This document shows, piece by piece, positions 20,868 to 31,065 of a stretch of DNA of 64,000 bases; position 1 is the first letter of the stretch; the number at the start of each line of letters is the position of its first letter. The notes beneath the pieces are model-generated. The model saw nothing but the letters and a program-made list of their open reading frames with translations, was not told the origin of the DNA and did no database searches. The stretch covers positions 384,001 through 448,000 of the forward strand of contig CAWDFP010000007.1 of the NCBI GenBank assembly GCA_963801605.1, given 5' to 3'. This DNA is from an uncultured candidate division Zixibacteria bacterium. Its GTDB lineage: Bacteria > Zixibacteria > MSB-5A5 > UBA10806. The translations under genes were made by a program, and so were the position numbers.

Positions 20868-22904
20868 TTAGGATTTTTCAGTAGTTCCCGCCGATATTTC
20901 ATGAATTTTGGCCGCGTTGCGCTCAATTATATTAAGGTAATGCCCCACTTCCTGCTCCAAGTCAGGATGACTTTTTTGCAGGTATTCGCAGGATGCCATG
21001 ATCCCCGCCAGCGGGCCGTTCAGGCGCGATTTGAAAGTTGGAGCCAGGTCGGGTGATTGGGCCCTGACCGATTGTTTTTGAATGATTGTAATCTTTTTTT
21101 TTCCTTCAATAATTTCCTGCGAAACTCTTTTCTCTTTATGCCACGACAGGACTATCGAGATCATAGCCGAAAGATTCGACGCAAAAAGCTCGGCCTGTTC
21201 GGAAGCAGGTTCTCTATCGCGTCCACGAAATTCGCCGAACGTTATTATTCCGACGGAATCAGCACCGATGACGAGCGGCAGCATCAAGCCGCGCTGGACA
21301 CCCCTGGGCAGAATTAGATCGGCCTCGGGGCCGGTGATTTTTCGGGAAGAATCCGATTGATCAAATTCGATAGATTTCCCGGTGATAAGGACTCGCCTGT
21401 GGAGCTCCAATTCCGAGGTTGGGAGCAGATCGAGGGTGGCAGGCCATTCCAAATTCCTGACTTGAGCCAGGGCGGCGGTCTTAATATTTTGCTTTTGAGG
21501 ATCAGTCAGGCTAATCCGGCAATAGGTTGCCATACCCAGGTCTATCACCAAATTTGCCATTTCCTGCAAAAGTGCGCTGACGTTATCGGTCGCCAGGGCT
21601 CGTTCGTGATAATGTCTGATAGCGCCCAACCATTGAGACGTTTGCAGCTTGACTTTCTCCAGATTATCGAAATTAATTTTTCTGGAAACAAGTTGGCTCC
21701 AAACGAGGAGAAGATCGGGCAAATATGACGGTGAATTTTCCAATCGTATTTCCAGCCAGGCCTGGCAATCGTTTCCGGTATCAAGCTGGATTAAGGCAGC
21801 CTTCCGCTCAAAAACCTGGTATGGCGCCTTGCTGGCGGATACTTTATACAACTGAGGGTAATCGGATTTATCGAAATGGCCTTCGATGTGATTGACCTTT
21901 CCCCCACCGGGCAGGCTAAAGTCATGGGTCTTAACACGGCCGTTAGCGGATAGGTAAAGGTTAAGTTCATCAAAAGGCAAATGGGCATAGGCTGCCCTGG
22001 CCGAATCAAGCAGGACCGAAAGGAGCGGGGCGTTCAGATTGAATGGGGCTGAAATAAGCCTGGTGAGTTCGCGGAAGCCCGATTCTTGAAGCAGTTTGTG
22101 TTCGGTCTTTTCGGTTTTAATGATATTAGTCAGGGCTGAACGAACCATCTCGAAGATAGCGAGAACGTCCCTGGAAAAATCATGCTTTTTAGAGGAAAGA
22201 ACGGTTAGGACTGCCAGTACTTCGTTATCAATGATAATAGGCAAGCTTAATCCGGAAGCGATTACACAGTTTTTGGCGTCGATTCGAACCGCCGAATTCA
22301 AATCGGAGGAAGTATCGGAGATCATGATCTCCCGGCTGGTACAAACTTCATAAAAGAGGCTATTTTTCTGCGGGGATCGAAGAGTCTGCTCGGATTCCGA
22401 TGATAGGCCGCATTGGAACATAAGGCTCAGATTGCCGGAGTTATCAAGTTTGTGGAGGGTTAAGGCTTGACTGTCAAGAGCGAGAAGAAGGTATTTGGAG
22501 ATAGCATCAATAAAAGAATTAGCGGAATGCTCTTCCAGGACGATGGCGGTGATTCTTTCGGTAAATAGTTTGAGACGCAATTTGCCCATCGGTTCGAAAA
22601 GATTTTCACGGTGATCCTGAGACCATTCTATGACGCCCCAGAGAAGCATGGTCCATCCGATGAGATAGCCAAACAGGGTTTCGAGATAGAATGATACGCC
22701 CGATGAAAGGAGCCATTCGCCCATAAGGCCCAGGCGCGAGATAATGCCAATTACGGCGCCGGAGGCGATCATCAATAGTCCGCTTTTAAGTTTGACGGCA
22801 ATTTGACTACCGGCAGGTTTTGATGAGAAATCAAGTTTTGATAGAATAATTAAGAGCGAACCGGTGCCCAAAAGCCAGATTAGCTTTTCCTGAAGTATTT
22901 GCAT
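20868..22904 (-). CDS. Membrane GAF-domain protein with degenerate HisKA-like C-terminus
   Basis: Three N-terminal TM helices, GAF-like regions, C-terminal FKSRLNGPLAGIMASCEYL...IERNAAKIHEI; no HATPase. Confidence 0.7.
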   Translation of the reverse strand: MQILQEKLIWLLGTGSLLIILSKLDFSSKPAGSQIAVKLKSGLLMIASGAVIGIISRLGLMGEWLLSSGVSFYLETLFGYLIGWTMLLWGVIEWSQDHRENLFEPMGKLRLKLFTERITAIVLEEHSANSFIDAISKYLLLALDSQALTLHKLDNSGNLSLMFQCGLSSESEQTLRSPQKNSLFYEVCTSREIMISDTSSDLNSAVRIDAKNCVIASGLSLPIIIDNEVLAVLTVLSSKKHDFSRDVLAIFEMVRSALTNIIKTEKTEHKLLQESGFRELTRLISAPFNLNAPLLSVLLDSARAAYAHLPFDELNLYLSANGRVKTHDFSLPGGGKVNHIEGHFDKSDYPQLYKVSASKAPYQVFERKAALIQLDTGNDCQAWLEIRLENSPSYLPDLLLVWSQLVSRKINFDNLEKVKLQTSQWLGAIRHYHERALATDNVSALLQEMANLVIDLGMATYCRISLTDPQKQNIKTAALAQVRNLEWPATLDLLPTSELELHRRVLITGKSIEFDQSDSSRKITGPEADLILPRGVQRGLMLPLVIGADSVGIITFGEFRGRDREPASEQAELFASNLSAMISIVLSWHKEKRVSQEIIEGKKKITIIQKQSVRAQSPDLAPTFKSRLNGPLAGIMASCEYLQKSHPDLEQEVGHYLNIIERNAAKIHEISAGTTEKS

Positions 22905-23087
22905 AATATTCCCCTTGCCCCTTCCTGAATTTGATTATCGACAGAATATTGGCATAGTTAAGGGAGCAATGAACTTGACAATTAAAATCCGTTAAAATAA
23001 TATGGATATGTATGGGCAGGAAATTGGACTACTTTTTCGCAAATTCAATAACAAATTCCGTTAGAAATTCAATATTAAATCGATATT

Positions 23088-23768
23088 TTGAATATTTTTG
23101 GGGACTCCGGGTATCAGTATGTGAGGTATATGCTCATGGATGGTTACCCGTTGGGAATGATAAAAGCGGCCTGGATGGGAATAAGATTGCCTGAAAAAGC
23201 GGCTGCAATCGATTGTAGCGATAATGAGCTCGTTAAGCAAACCTTAAGGGGCAAAATAGCCTCGTTTAAGGAGCTTGTAGGGCGTTATCAGAAACAAGCC
23301 TATTTCTTTGCGAGGGGTATGGTTCATAACTCGGACGATGCCTATGATCTTTCGCAGGAGGCTTTTGTAAGGGTATATAAACATCTCAGCAGGTTCGATC
23401 AGGCCTATCCTTTTAAGGTTTGGTTGTTTCATATACTCTCCAATCTCTGCAAAAACCATATCCGTCAGAAAAAGACCAGAGATAAGGTGGTAGTATCATC
23501 GGATGAGGCCGCCGAATTGGCAGTATCAGGAGCGGCAGAACCCGACCGGCTTTTCAGCCAATCGGAAGTCCAGAAGCAGGTTTGGAAGGCGATCGGGCAG
23601 CTTCCCGAGAAATTCCGAGAGATTATAATTTTAAGCCATTTCGAGGAGATGTCTTACGATCAAATCGCGCAGACGCTGGATATTCCCCGCGGTTCGGTGA
23701 TGTCTCGTCTCTATTATGCCCGACTGAAACTGAGGGAGATACTCGAAACAATGGGGGTGGAAATATGA
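23088..23768 (+). CDS. ECF RNA polymerase sigma-70 factor
   Basis: DAYDLSQEAFVRVY, FKVWLFHI, LPEKFREII, MSYDQIAQTLDIPRGSVMSRL; likely start TTG 23187. Confidence 0.95.
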   Translation: MNIFGDSGYQYVRYMLMDGYPLGMIKAAWMGIRLPEKAAAIDCSDNELVKQTLRGKIASFKELVGRYQKQAYFFARGMVHNSDDAYDLSQEAFVRVYKHLSRFDQAYPFKVWLFHILSNLCKNHIRQKKTRDKVVVSSDEAAELAVSGAAEPDRLFSQSEVQKQVWKAIGQLPEKFREIIILSHFEEMSYDQIAQTLDIPRGSVMSRLYYARLKLREILETMGVEI

Positions 23769-24211
23769 ATTGCGACGAGAGCAGAATGTTTCTTTCCGCC
23801 CTTGTGGATAACGAACTGGATGCCGAGCAAAAGAAATTGGTGACGGAGCATCTGGTAAATTGCGAGGATTGTCGACTGGAGTATGCCCGTATGTTGAAAC
23901 TTAAGGAGGTAACCGACGACATGAAATATCTCGATCTTCCCGACCGGCTATGGGCAGGTTACTGGAATGGGATATATAATCGGATCGAGCGGGGATTCGG
24001 CTGGATACTGTTATCTCTGGGAGCGATAATATTAGCGGCGTTTGGCGCCTGGAGGCTGCTCAACGAATTCTTCCTTGACCCTCGGCCGCCGCTGTTACTA
24101 AAGATCGGATTGGGGGCCTTGATAGCGGGAATGATTGTGCTTTTGATATCGGTAATACGCGAACGGATATTCTCACGCGCTCACGATAGATATGAGGAGG
24201 TTGAGTTATGA
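23765..24211 (+). CDS. Zinc-binding (zf-HC2) transmembrane anti-sigma factor
   Basis: MNCDE...HLVNCEDC, two TM helices; ATGA overlap with the sigma gene. Confidence 0.9.
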   Translation: MNCDESRMFLSALVDNELDAEQKKLVTEHLVNCEDCRLEYARMLKLKEVTDDMKYLDLPDRLWAGYWNGIYNRIERGFGWILLSLGAIILAAFGAWRLLNEFFLDPRPPLLLKIGLGALIAGMIVLLISVIRERIFSRAHDRYEEVEL

Positions 24212-24531
24212 TCATCGTTTCAACCGATGATATTAAGGGAAAGAAGATTGTCGAGGTGCTGGGGCTGGTAAAAGGAAATACGGTCCGCGCCCGGCACATA
24301 GGTCAGGATTTCATGGCATTCCTGCGCAATGTAGTGGGCGGCGAGGTACGCAATTATACCAAGTTGATCGCTGAATCGCGTGAGCAGGCGATAGATAGAA
24401 TGGTGGCCCAGGCAGAGCAGCTCGGCGCCAACGCGATTGTCGGCACCAGATTGATAACAGCATCGATAATGCAGGGGTCATCGGAGTTGTTGGCGTTTGG
24501 CACCGCCGTAAAAATAGTGGATGAGAAATAG
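24208..24531 (+). CDS. YbjQ (UPF0145) family protein
   Basis: LGLVKGNTVR...VGGEV...SREQAIDRM...LGANAIVG...FGTAV. Confidence 0.9.
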   Translation: MIIVSTDDIKGKKIVEVLGLVKGNTVRARHIGQDFMAFLRNVVGGEVRNYTKLIAESREQAIDRMVAQAEQLGANAIVGTRLITASIMQGSSELLAFGTAVKIVDEK

Positions 24532-24638
24532 CGGGGGTTTTGACCTTCGGCAAAGACCTTTCGGGTCCTTAAAAAACGAGATACAAGATTTGTTACGATA
24601 ATACCGGGTTTCTCGTCCAAGGGACTTTGAACCCGACC

Positions 24639-24680
24639 AAAAAAACCGGGATTCACTTACGAATCCCGGCTAATTTTTTG
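24639..24680. terminator. Bidirectional intrinsic terminator
   Basis: A run, ccgggattc-acttac-gaatcccgg, T run; between convergent genes. Confidence 0.8.
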
Positions 24681-24693
24681 GAAATTTAGAATG

Positions 24694-26767
24694 CTATCTC
24701 AATGGTGGAGGGCAATCGATGCAGTAGTGAAGCGCTCCTCCGCGCCTGAGGTAATTGACCAGATAGATAATGTCCAGGCCGTCGACGCTACAACTGCCGT
24801 TGACATCGGCGCTAACCTCCATGGCTCCGTAGGAGGCACAACTGCAGGTTTGCAGGGAATTATTGCCGCCCAGGAAATAGCGCACCAGATAGCTGACATC
24901 AAGGCCATTGGTGATACCGTCACCGTTGATGTCGCCGGCTCCATACTGGCATCCCCCCTGCGTTACAACCATGCTGACGGGGATATCGAGAGAAAGATTA
25001 TTTTCGTCGTTGGTGCGAAGCTTCAGGATAACATCATAAGTACCGTCGGAAAGGCCCTCGCTGTTGAAAGAAAGGCTAACCGCCTGGTTTCCGCCAGCAG
25101 GAATGGGGCCTTCATGCGGATCGATACCCAGCCATGAAAACGAATTGCGGCCTCCCATATAAAAAGCGGTTGCAAAGTTGCTGTGTATATAATTGGAGTT
25201 GTAAGCAACCTGCAATCCGATTGTGCCTAATAGATTTTCGATACCTACCGAGCACTCGTTAAGCCGTCCCGGACCCATGTTGGCGTATTGATAAATGATC
25301 GTATCGGGGGCAATCATAATAATCTGGAAGGTGAATGTCCCGGCCTGGCGGGTATCTTTAACATTCTGCCAGGTGATAATAGCCGAATCCGATTGGTTGG
25401 AGTAGAAATAGATATTGCCGCCATATTGAAGAGTAAGATCGTCATAAAATACGGCCATCAGGTTGTTGGGCAACGCCTGGTCGGGAATAGCAACGTTATC
25501 CGGAGTATAGAAATAGGCATTCATAAAGTATGCGAGGCCGTTGACGCTAACCTTCACATAGCTATACTGGTGATCGTAGAAGTTGAAGTTAAATCCCAAT
25601 TGCTGGTTGGCCGAGACTCCATCATTGGGATCATTTAAGCTGAGCTGCTGCCCGACCTGAGTGATATCTTTCCAATTATAAATCGGTCCGCCAGAGGAGT
25701 CACTACTGCGCCAATAGTAACCAAAAGCATCCTGCCCGCCGGCCGGCGCCGCCAGCAAATCGTAGCGCATTTCGCCGCTTGCCGGTATTAATGAGGTTCA
25801 AGGTTCTGGTTCTCAGGGCATGATCAGGCAGATCAATTGAGAAGGATTCCGGATCATATACGAGCGCCGGCAAACCGCCTTCTCGATAGATTGGCCGTTG
25901 AGTATAATTTCCGAACGAGGCCGAACCGTACTGGATATAGAAAAAGCCGTGCATTCCCCAGCCCGGGCCCCAGCTATTTTTAACTATCCAGGCGCCCTGT
26001 CCATCGCACATATTGTCATCCCATCCAACAATAAGTACGGCATGATTAATGGGCTCCCCGCCGGCATGGGAATAACAGCCGCTGCGATAACCGTAAAAAT
26101 CATCATAAACGGTAAACGTGGTGGATAGCGGTCCATACATCAGGGCATTTTTAATGGCGTTAACATTATTAGCCACATCCACAAATCCAATGATATTGGC
26201 GATTGGCTGGCATTGATCCTGAGTGCAGGGGATTTGATCATCGCCACCGTAAGGCATACAAGTTTCAGCGACTGCGCCGTAATCAATGAAGAGGTTATAA
26301 GCATCGCTCATCCAACCGCCCCGACAACTGGATGTTCCGCTGTTGCAGGAAAGAACCTGCTGTTCGGAAAAATCGGGGACGCTATCCTCGGCAATGATAT
26401 AAGCAGATTCAAAAGCGGCAGTAGCGGCAAAAGCCCAGCAAGAACCACATTGGCCCTGATCGGTGACCGGTGAGACGCCACCAAGATCACGCCAATCGAA
26501 ATGGCTCTCGGTATTAAGAAGAGTCGGCGGCGCAGTGCTATCGAGTTGAGCGAAACGCTGTTTGACATATTCAGGAATTATGACACCGAGCCTTTGATGA
26601 CGTTCTTCCAGCGTCAAATCCATCATGGAGGTCTGATCGGCGGTCCAGCTCAGGCCGTTGTCCTCAATATATTTTTGGATTTGCAGAACTTCCTGCGAAA
26701 CCTTGGCGTTGACGGGAGACCAAATAAAAAGAATGGCCGCAAACAAAATGCCGGCAGTAGTACGCAT
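24694..26767 (-). CDS. Secreted papain-family (C1A) cysteine protease with C-terminal dockerin (one frameshift near 25780)
   Basis: DQGQCGSCWAF, NHAVLIVGW, WIVKNSWGPGWG; removing one A gives INTGSGEMRYD joining ORF 24694..25770, which ends in GDINGDGITNGLDV / ADVNGSCSVDGLDI; GGAGG RBS before MRTTAG. Confidence 0.85.
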
Positions 26768-26857
26768 CGAGTACCTCCAATTGGTATTTCGTAAACTCAC
26801 GCCATAAACTTACATAATAATAAGGTTTTGTCAATTAAAGATATTGCCTGGCACTAT

Positions 26858-26890
26858 AAAAAAAGCCCCCATTTAGAAAATGGCGGCTTT
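26858..26890 (-). terminator. Intrinsic terminator
   Basis: A run plus aaagcc-cccattt / aatggcggcttt stem. Confidence 0.6.
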
Positions 26891-26912
26891 AATAGTTAAT
26901 TATTATTGAATT

Positions 26913-27626
26913 TTATTGGATTTGCCCGACCCTAAATTGCCCCGGTTTACCTAAAATCGGGATACAATTGCCTCTATGGGGATTATTGCCGCTGCCTCGA
27001 AGGTAAAGCAGAAGATAGTTGACATCCAACCCGGAAACATCGCAGCTTCCATTGCAATCGGCGCGCAGAAATGGTTCGGGTGGCGTTGGGCCGCCCTTAA
27101 AATAGTTAACCAAATATATCACGTCTACACCGTCAACACTCCCGGAGTTATTAACATCACCCGGAAGAAAATAGGAAGGATCGGCGGGAGCGGAGGTTTT
27201 TAGCGGTGAATTGGAAAGAGGCGAACAATTGCCGTCATCATCATAAGCTTTGATGCAAAAATAGTAGCTGGCTCCGGGATCCAGGCCTCTGACCAGCATC
27301 GAATCTATCTGGCCGCTTAAGCCTGGCGCCGGCACTCCGCCGATTTGGATCGACCGATTCCATTGTCCTTCGTTATCAATCGGTCCCTGATCGGCCGGGA
27401 TGCATCGCAAATCATAATATGCGGCGCGGCCAATATCACCATCATCACCGGTCGCAGTCCAATGCAAGATTACATCTCCGGGAATAATTTCTAATGCTAA
27501 AACGGGAGAATCGAGTTTAGTTTGAGGGTTTCCAGTCGCTGCCAGGCCGTTCTTTTGCCCCGCTATTAGAATCGAGCCTGCAATTAAAGTACTCGCAATC
27601 AGCCATCTGCCGCTAAGGTACTTCAT
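26913..27626 (-). CDS. Secreted fibronectin-III-like plus dockerin protein
   Basis: LHWTATGDDG..GRAAYYDLR...GLDPGASYYFCIKAYD; GDVNNSGSVDGVDV / ADCNGSCDVSGLDV. Confidence 0.85.
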   Translation of the reverse strand: MKYLSGRWLIASTLIAGSILIAGQKNGLAATGNPQTKLDSPVLALEIIPGDVILHWTATGDDGDIGRAAYYDLRCIPADQGPIDNEGQWNRSIQIGGVPAPGLSGQIDSMLVRGLDPGASYYFCIKAYDDDGNCSPLSNSPLKTSAPADPSYFLPGDVNNSGSVDGVDVIYLVNYFKGGPTPPEPFLRADCNGSCDVSGLDVNYLLLYLRGSGNNPHRGNCIPILGKPGQFRVGQIQ

Positions 27627-27647
27627 CCATCCTCCTTGAGTACGGCA
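27601..27647 (-). repeat. Direct repeat copy 1 (RBS and first codons of the FN3-dockerin gene)
   Basis: 39/47 identical to 27906..27952 by manual alignment. Confidence 0.8.
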
Positions 27648-27808
27648 TTATGGGTTAAATCAAGTTTGCCCACACCATCGAGCAAACAAACACCTCATCT
27701 TTTGTAAGGGAATCCTCGTTTCCCTACTGTTATAAAAGTTTGACGCGTTCATTGCCGTTCGCCTAACTAAAGGCCGGAGACGAAAAATCCAAGGATGATC
27801 CCTGATTT

Positions 27809-27931
27809 TCATTGATGGAGTTTTCGATAAGGGGAATGTATCTTCGAGAACTCGAATAGACCATTTGGCAACAATTTGCCGGTAATCCGACTCATGCTGC
27901 TATCGAGCCCTTTGCCGCTTAAGCACGTCAT
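27809..27931 (-). CDS. Putative 40-aa small ORF or gene relic
   Basis: AAGGAGGA RBS, MTCLSGKGLDSSMSRITGKLLPNGLFEFSKIHSPYRKLHQ*; start resembles MKYLSGRWL of the downstream gene. Confidence 0.35.
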   Translation of the reverse strand: MTCLSGKGLDSSMSRITGKLLPNGLFEFSKIHSPYRKLHQ

Positions 27932-27952
27932 ACATCCTCCTTGCGTACGGCA
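27906..27952 (-). repeat. Direct repeat copy 2
   Basis: tgccgtacgcaaggaggatgtatgacgtgcttaagcggc versus tgccgtactcaaggaggatggatgaagtaccttagcggc. Confidence 0.8.
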
Positions 27953-27967
27953 ATCGACATTGCGTGG

Positions 27968-28132
27968 CCGCCTGCTTACACCGTCAGACAGGCAGTCTTC
28001 TTAAATTGTAATGGTTGTGACCTTAATCGGAAGAATTCACAGAAGCTAATTAATGGAGCTTCCTGCGGCCCCCACGATCGATCCCTGATCGATCCTCCCA
28101 TAGCCAGCAGGCCAAGGTCACCTACCTTGTCA
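27968..28132 (-). ncRNA. Candidate structured leader or small RNA
   Basis: Several closely spaced stems just downstream of a sigma-70-like promoter; no family recognised. Confidence 0.25.
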
Positions 28133-28138
28133 GGCGCA

Positions 28139-28168
28139 ATTATACAAGCGCGTTGCCTACGGGGTCAA
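28139..28168 (-). promoter_or_regulatory. Sigma-70-like promoter
   Basis: TTGACC-N18-TATAAT on the minus strand. Confidence 0.55.
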
Positions 28169-28337
28169 GTAATTTTTATAATATAATTTTATTTTAAATA
28201 GGTCCATAATTGTTACAAGGCGATATTAAAATATGTTGCGAAAAGTGAATTGTATAATGTCAGTATTTAAAAATCGAACGGCCAGGCTAAAAATTATCCC
28301 GGCCGAACCTGAAAATTACTTTAACGATAGAACGAGC

Positions 28338-30082
28338 TTACTGCTCAAGATCGGTAGAAAGCTTATAGCGCAAAATACGATTATTGCCGGTATCAGCAAC
28401 GTACACGGTACGGCGATCGCCGAAGATATCGTAGGTGATTCCGCCTGGTGAACTCATTTGAATTGCCATCTTAAATTTAAGGGCAAATCCGTTACGAATG
28501 CCGGTAGCCGGAGTCGTCAGGCCCTTGGAACCGTTGGGGCTTTCGATACCCACTGTAGCAGAATCTCCCCATCCGGAGGAGCTTTTATACTGGAATACAA
28601 TGGAGCTATCAGCGGGATTTAAGATAAGCTCGAAAGTTTTGCCAAGGGTATCGGCAGTATTTGGTACGTTGTCATACTGGATAACGAAGAGATTGGAGGC
28701 TGGATCGTGCCAATAATAGATCCCCGATGATGTCACCGACGGGTCTAAAGCCTCTCCGAAAACGGAAAGAACGGCGTTGGGAAGAACAGCGTTCGGAATT
28801 ACCGGGGCGGTGGGCAATTGTGCAAGAGGAAGGAAACTGCACCAACCGTTCGAAGTTATGCTGATGCTATCATAATTAGCAGTATAGAAATTAAAAGCTC
28901 TTCCCATTGGAACGCGGACAGAGGAGTTTGGCAGAAGACCGGTAGCAGTACCGGCTCCACCCTTTTGAGGATTGATTTCAATCCAGTTGTAGGTTAAGCC
29001 TTCATTATCATCGATACTAATCATCGAATATAACTGATCAATCGGCTTTAGGAGCGCGCCCTGCTTGGAGAATTTGACGGCGCCCGCATATCTGTCGGGG
29101 CCGCCATCAACTACATAGATATTGCCCTGAGGATCGACAGTAGCGCCTTTGGGACATGCTGAAAAAGCCACGGCGCAACAGATCGGTTTCGGACGGACTG
29201 TGAGTGTAGTTAAAGACCCAATGTCTGATCCCAAACCTGACGTTCGCAGCGTAAGATCGTGAACCGGGATAGCTTCCTGAATCCTGGCAGACAATAAGAT
29301 GAGTTGCACCAGAGAGCTGGTAGGCATAGATAGAGTTGGGGAGTGTGGTGGTGGTGACGCCGTTGCCGGTAATAACGATGGGATTAATTAAAGTATCACC
29401 AACGACGCCCAGCTAAGGAGTTCATGATTAGTCGAGTCAACTCCAAAAATCCGGTCAAGGAGGGAATCAGCATTCTCTCGATTATCACCGAATCCCCGGA
29501 ACCATAGTACGCGGCCGTTATTCATGCGATTTGACGAGACGGCCACAAAATAAGTTTTATCATAGGCCGGAATATCGGTTATCGATATAAATCGGTCAGT
29601 CGAATCGATCATAGCATGATGTTTGACGCGAGTAGTATCGTTATAGGGAATATTGATCGTAATCGAACGCAACTTTAGGAATACCGTCTCCGCCGGGGCC
29701 AACATCAATTTTATAAACCTTCTTCTCCCCCGTTACCACCAGCAGCCGCATGAGCTCGTCCTGAGCTGACAGAAATCGGGTTATTGATGGCATATTCGGC
29801 CCGAATCGTACCGGCGGCGTCAAGCTGCAGGATACGATTGTTACCGGTATCGGCTATGTAGAGGTAGGTATCATGTCCAAAATAGATGCAGGTGGGACGT
29901 GAGAAGTTGTAGCCGTGAGCGGCGTCCCAGGGCGGATTGAGCATCAGATATAAAGTATCACCAAGGTTACCCGTCGGCGGAACCTCAGTTGGAAGTTTCA
30001 TTTTTTCCCCGCAGGCGAAAACAATAGCCAGAACGAGCAAAATCAGAGGCAGTACCCAGCGTCTATTCACTAAAAGCTCCAT
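28338..30082 (-). CDS. Lipoprotein with NHL-repeat beta-propeller and an inserted beta-rich domain (several frameshifts)
   Basis: Lipobox IVFAC; YLYIADTGNNRILQ and VYVADTGNNRILRY; ORF pieces 29711..30082, 29641..29823, 29388..29708 and 28338..29327 join across indels. Confidence 0.7.
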
Positions 30083-31063
30083 TGTAAGGAAAATGTATTG
30101 GAGTTACCCAGATCGCCTACAGCGGCGTAAGCATAGTCGAGGCTGCTCTTGGTGGAAAACAGATCGAACTTCAGTCCCAAACCAACTGAATAGCTCTGGG
30201 TATCGTTGCTTAACTTATAACCGCCCCGAAGAAAAAGGCTTTTATTTAAGCCATATTCGGTGCCGAATGAAAAGGACTCGGCATTATCGGTGGGGTGATC
30301 GAGTTGAACCGAAGCCTGCCAGGCGTTATTTTGATTACTCATAATATCGGCGGCCACTCCGATTCTAAAAACGGTCGGAGGAGAAAACGATTGATATGAT
30401 TTGGGAATTATTTCGCCGGAGGGATTGGTATAGTTATACGAGCCGCCCGGCTTGACCTGCTGGCCAAAATTTGAAAGAGTAACCGAAAAACGGGTATTAT
30501 GATAGTTAGTTTGGTAGTAAGTCCCGAGATCGAGCAGGAAACCTCGCATTCTCAGGTTCTCCAGGCTCTCCTGGGCAAATTTCGCGGTGGCTCCAAATGA
30601 GAAGAAGTCAGTCAGGCGCTGACAGAAACTCAAGCCCACGGCCATATCGGCGAAACCAAACTTGTCGCCGGTACCATAAGGATGATACTCGTCGGTGACA
30701 TTCATATCGGGCGTTCCCAGATAGAGGAAACTGACTCCCACCGCGCGATCATCGCTAAGTTTCATGCTGTAGCCGGCGTAGTCGTAACTGACATCAACCA
30801 CCCACATATTATGCGAGAGAGCGACCATGTGAGATTCGCCCCAGACCATGGTGGCAGGATTCCAGTACAACCCGTAACCGTCCTCGCTGGCACAAGCGAC
30901 AGCGTTACCCATAGCGGCCGCCCTGGCGCCGGCCCCAAGCTTGAGAAATTGCATGGCGGCGGTTCCGGAGCGAGCGGCTCCCAAACGCGGCAGTATATTC
31001 CAGGCCAATGCCAGCGACTGGCGCCAGAAAGGCGATAATCAGAACGCAGGCGAATGCCTTCAT
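30070..31063 (-). CDS. PorV/PorQ-family outer-membrane beta-barrel (frameshift in the signal peptide)
   Basis: GTAAMQFLKLGAGARAAAMGNA, LYWNPA, LFLRGGY, DYAY, terminal F; ATG 31063 MKAFACVLII is out of frame by one base. Confidence 0.8.
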
Positions 31064-31065
31064 CT

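Noticed and set aside
23582..23764. N-terminal extension of the anti-sigma ORF
   Set aside because: Overlaps the sigma gene; the real start is the ATGA-coupled ATG at 23765
24532..24640. tRNA or ncRNA in the small hairpins after ybjQ
   Set aside because: No cloverleaf, T-loop or CCA; at most degenerate REP-like debris
27650..27900. c-di-GMP-I riboswitch suggested by GGCAAA words
   Set aside because: No GAAA tetraloop/receptor stem or GCAAAGC-type continuation in the right arrangement
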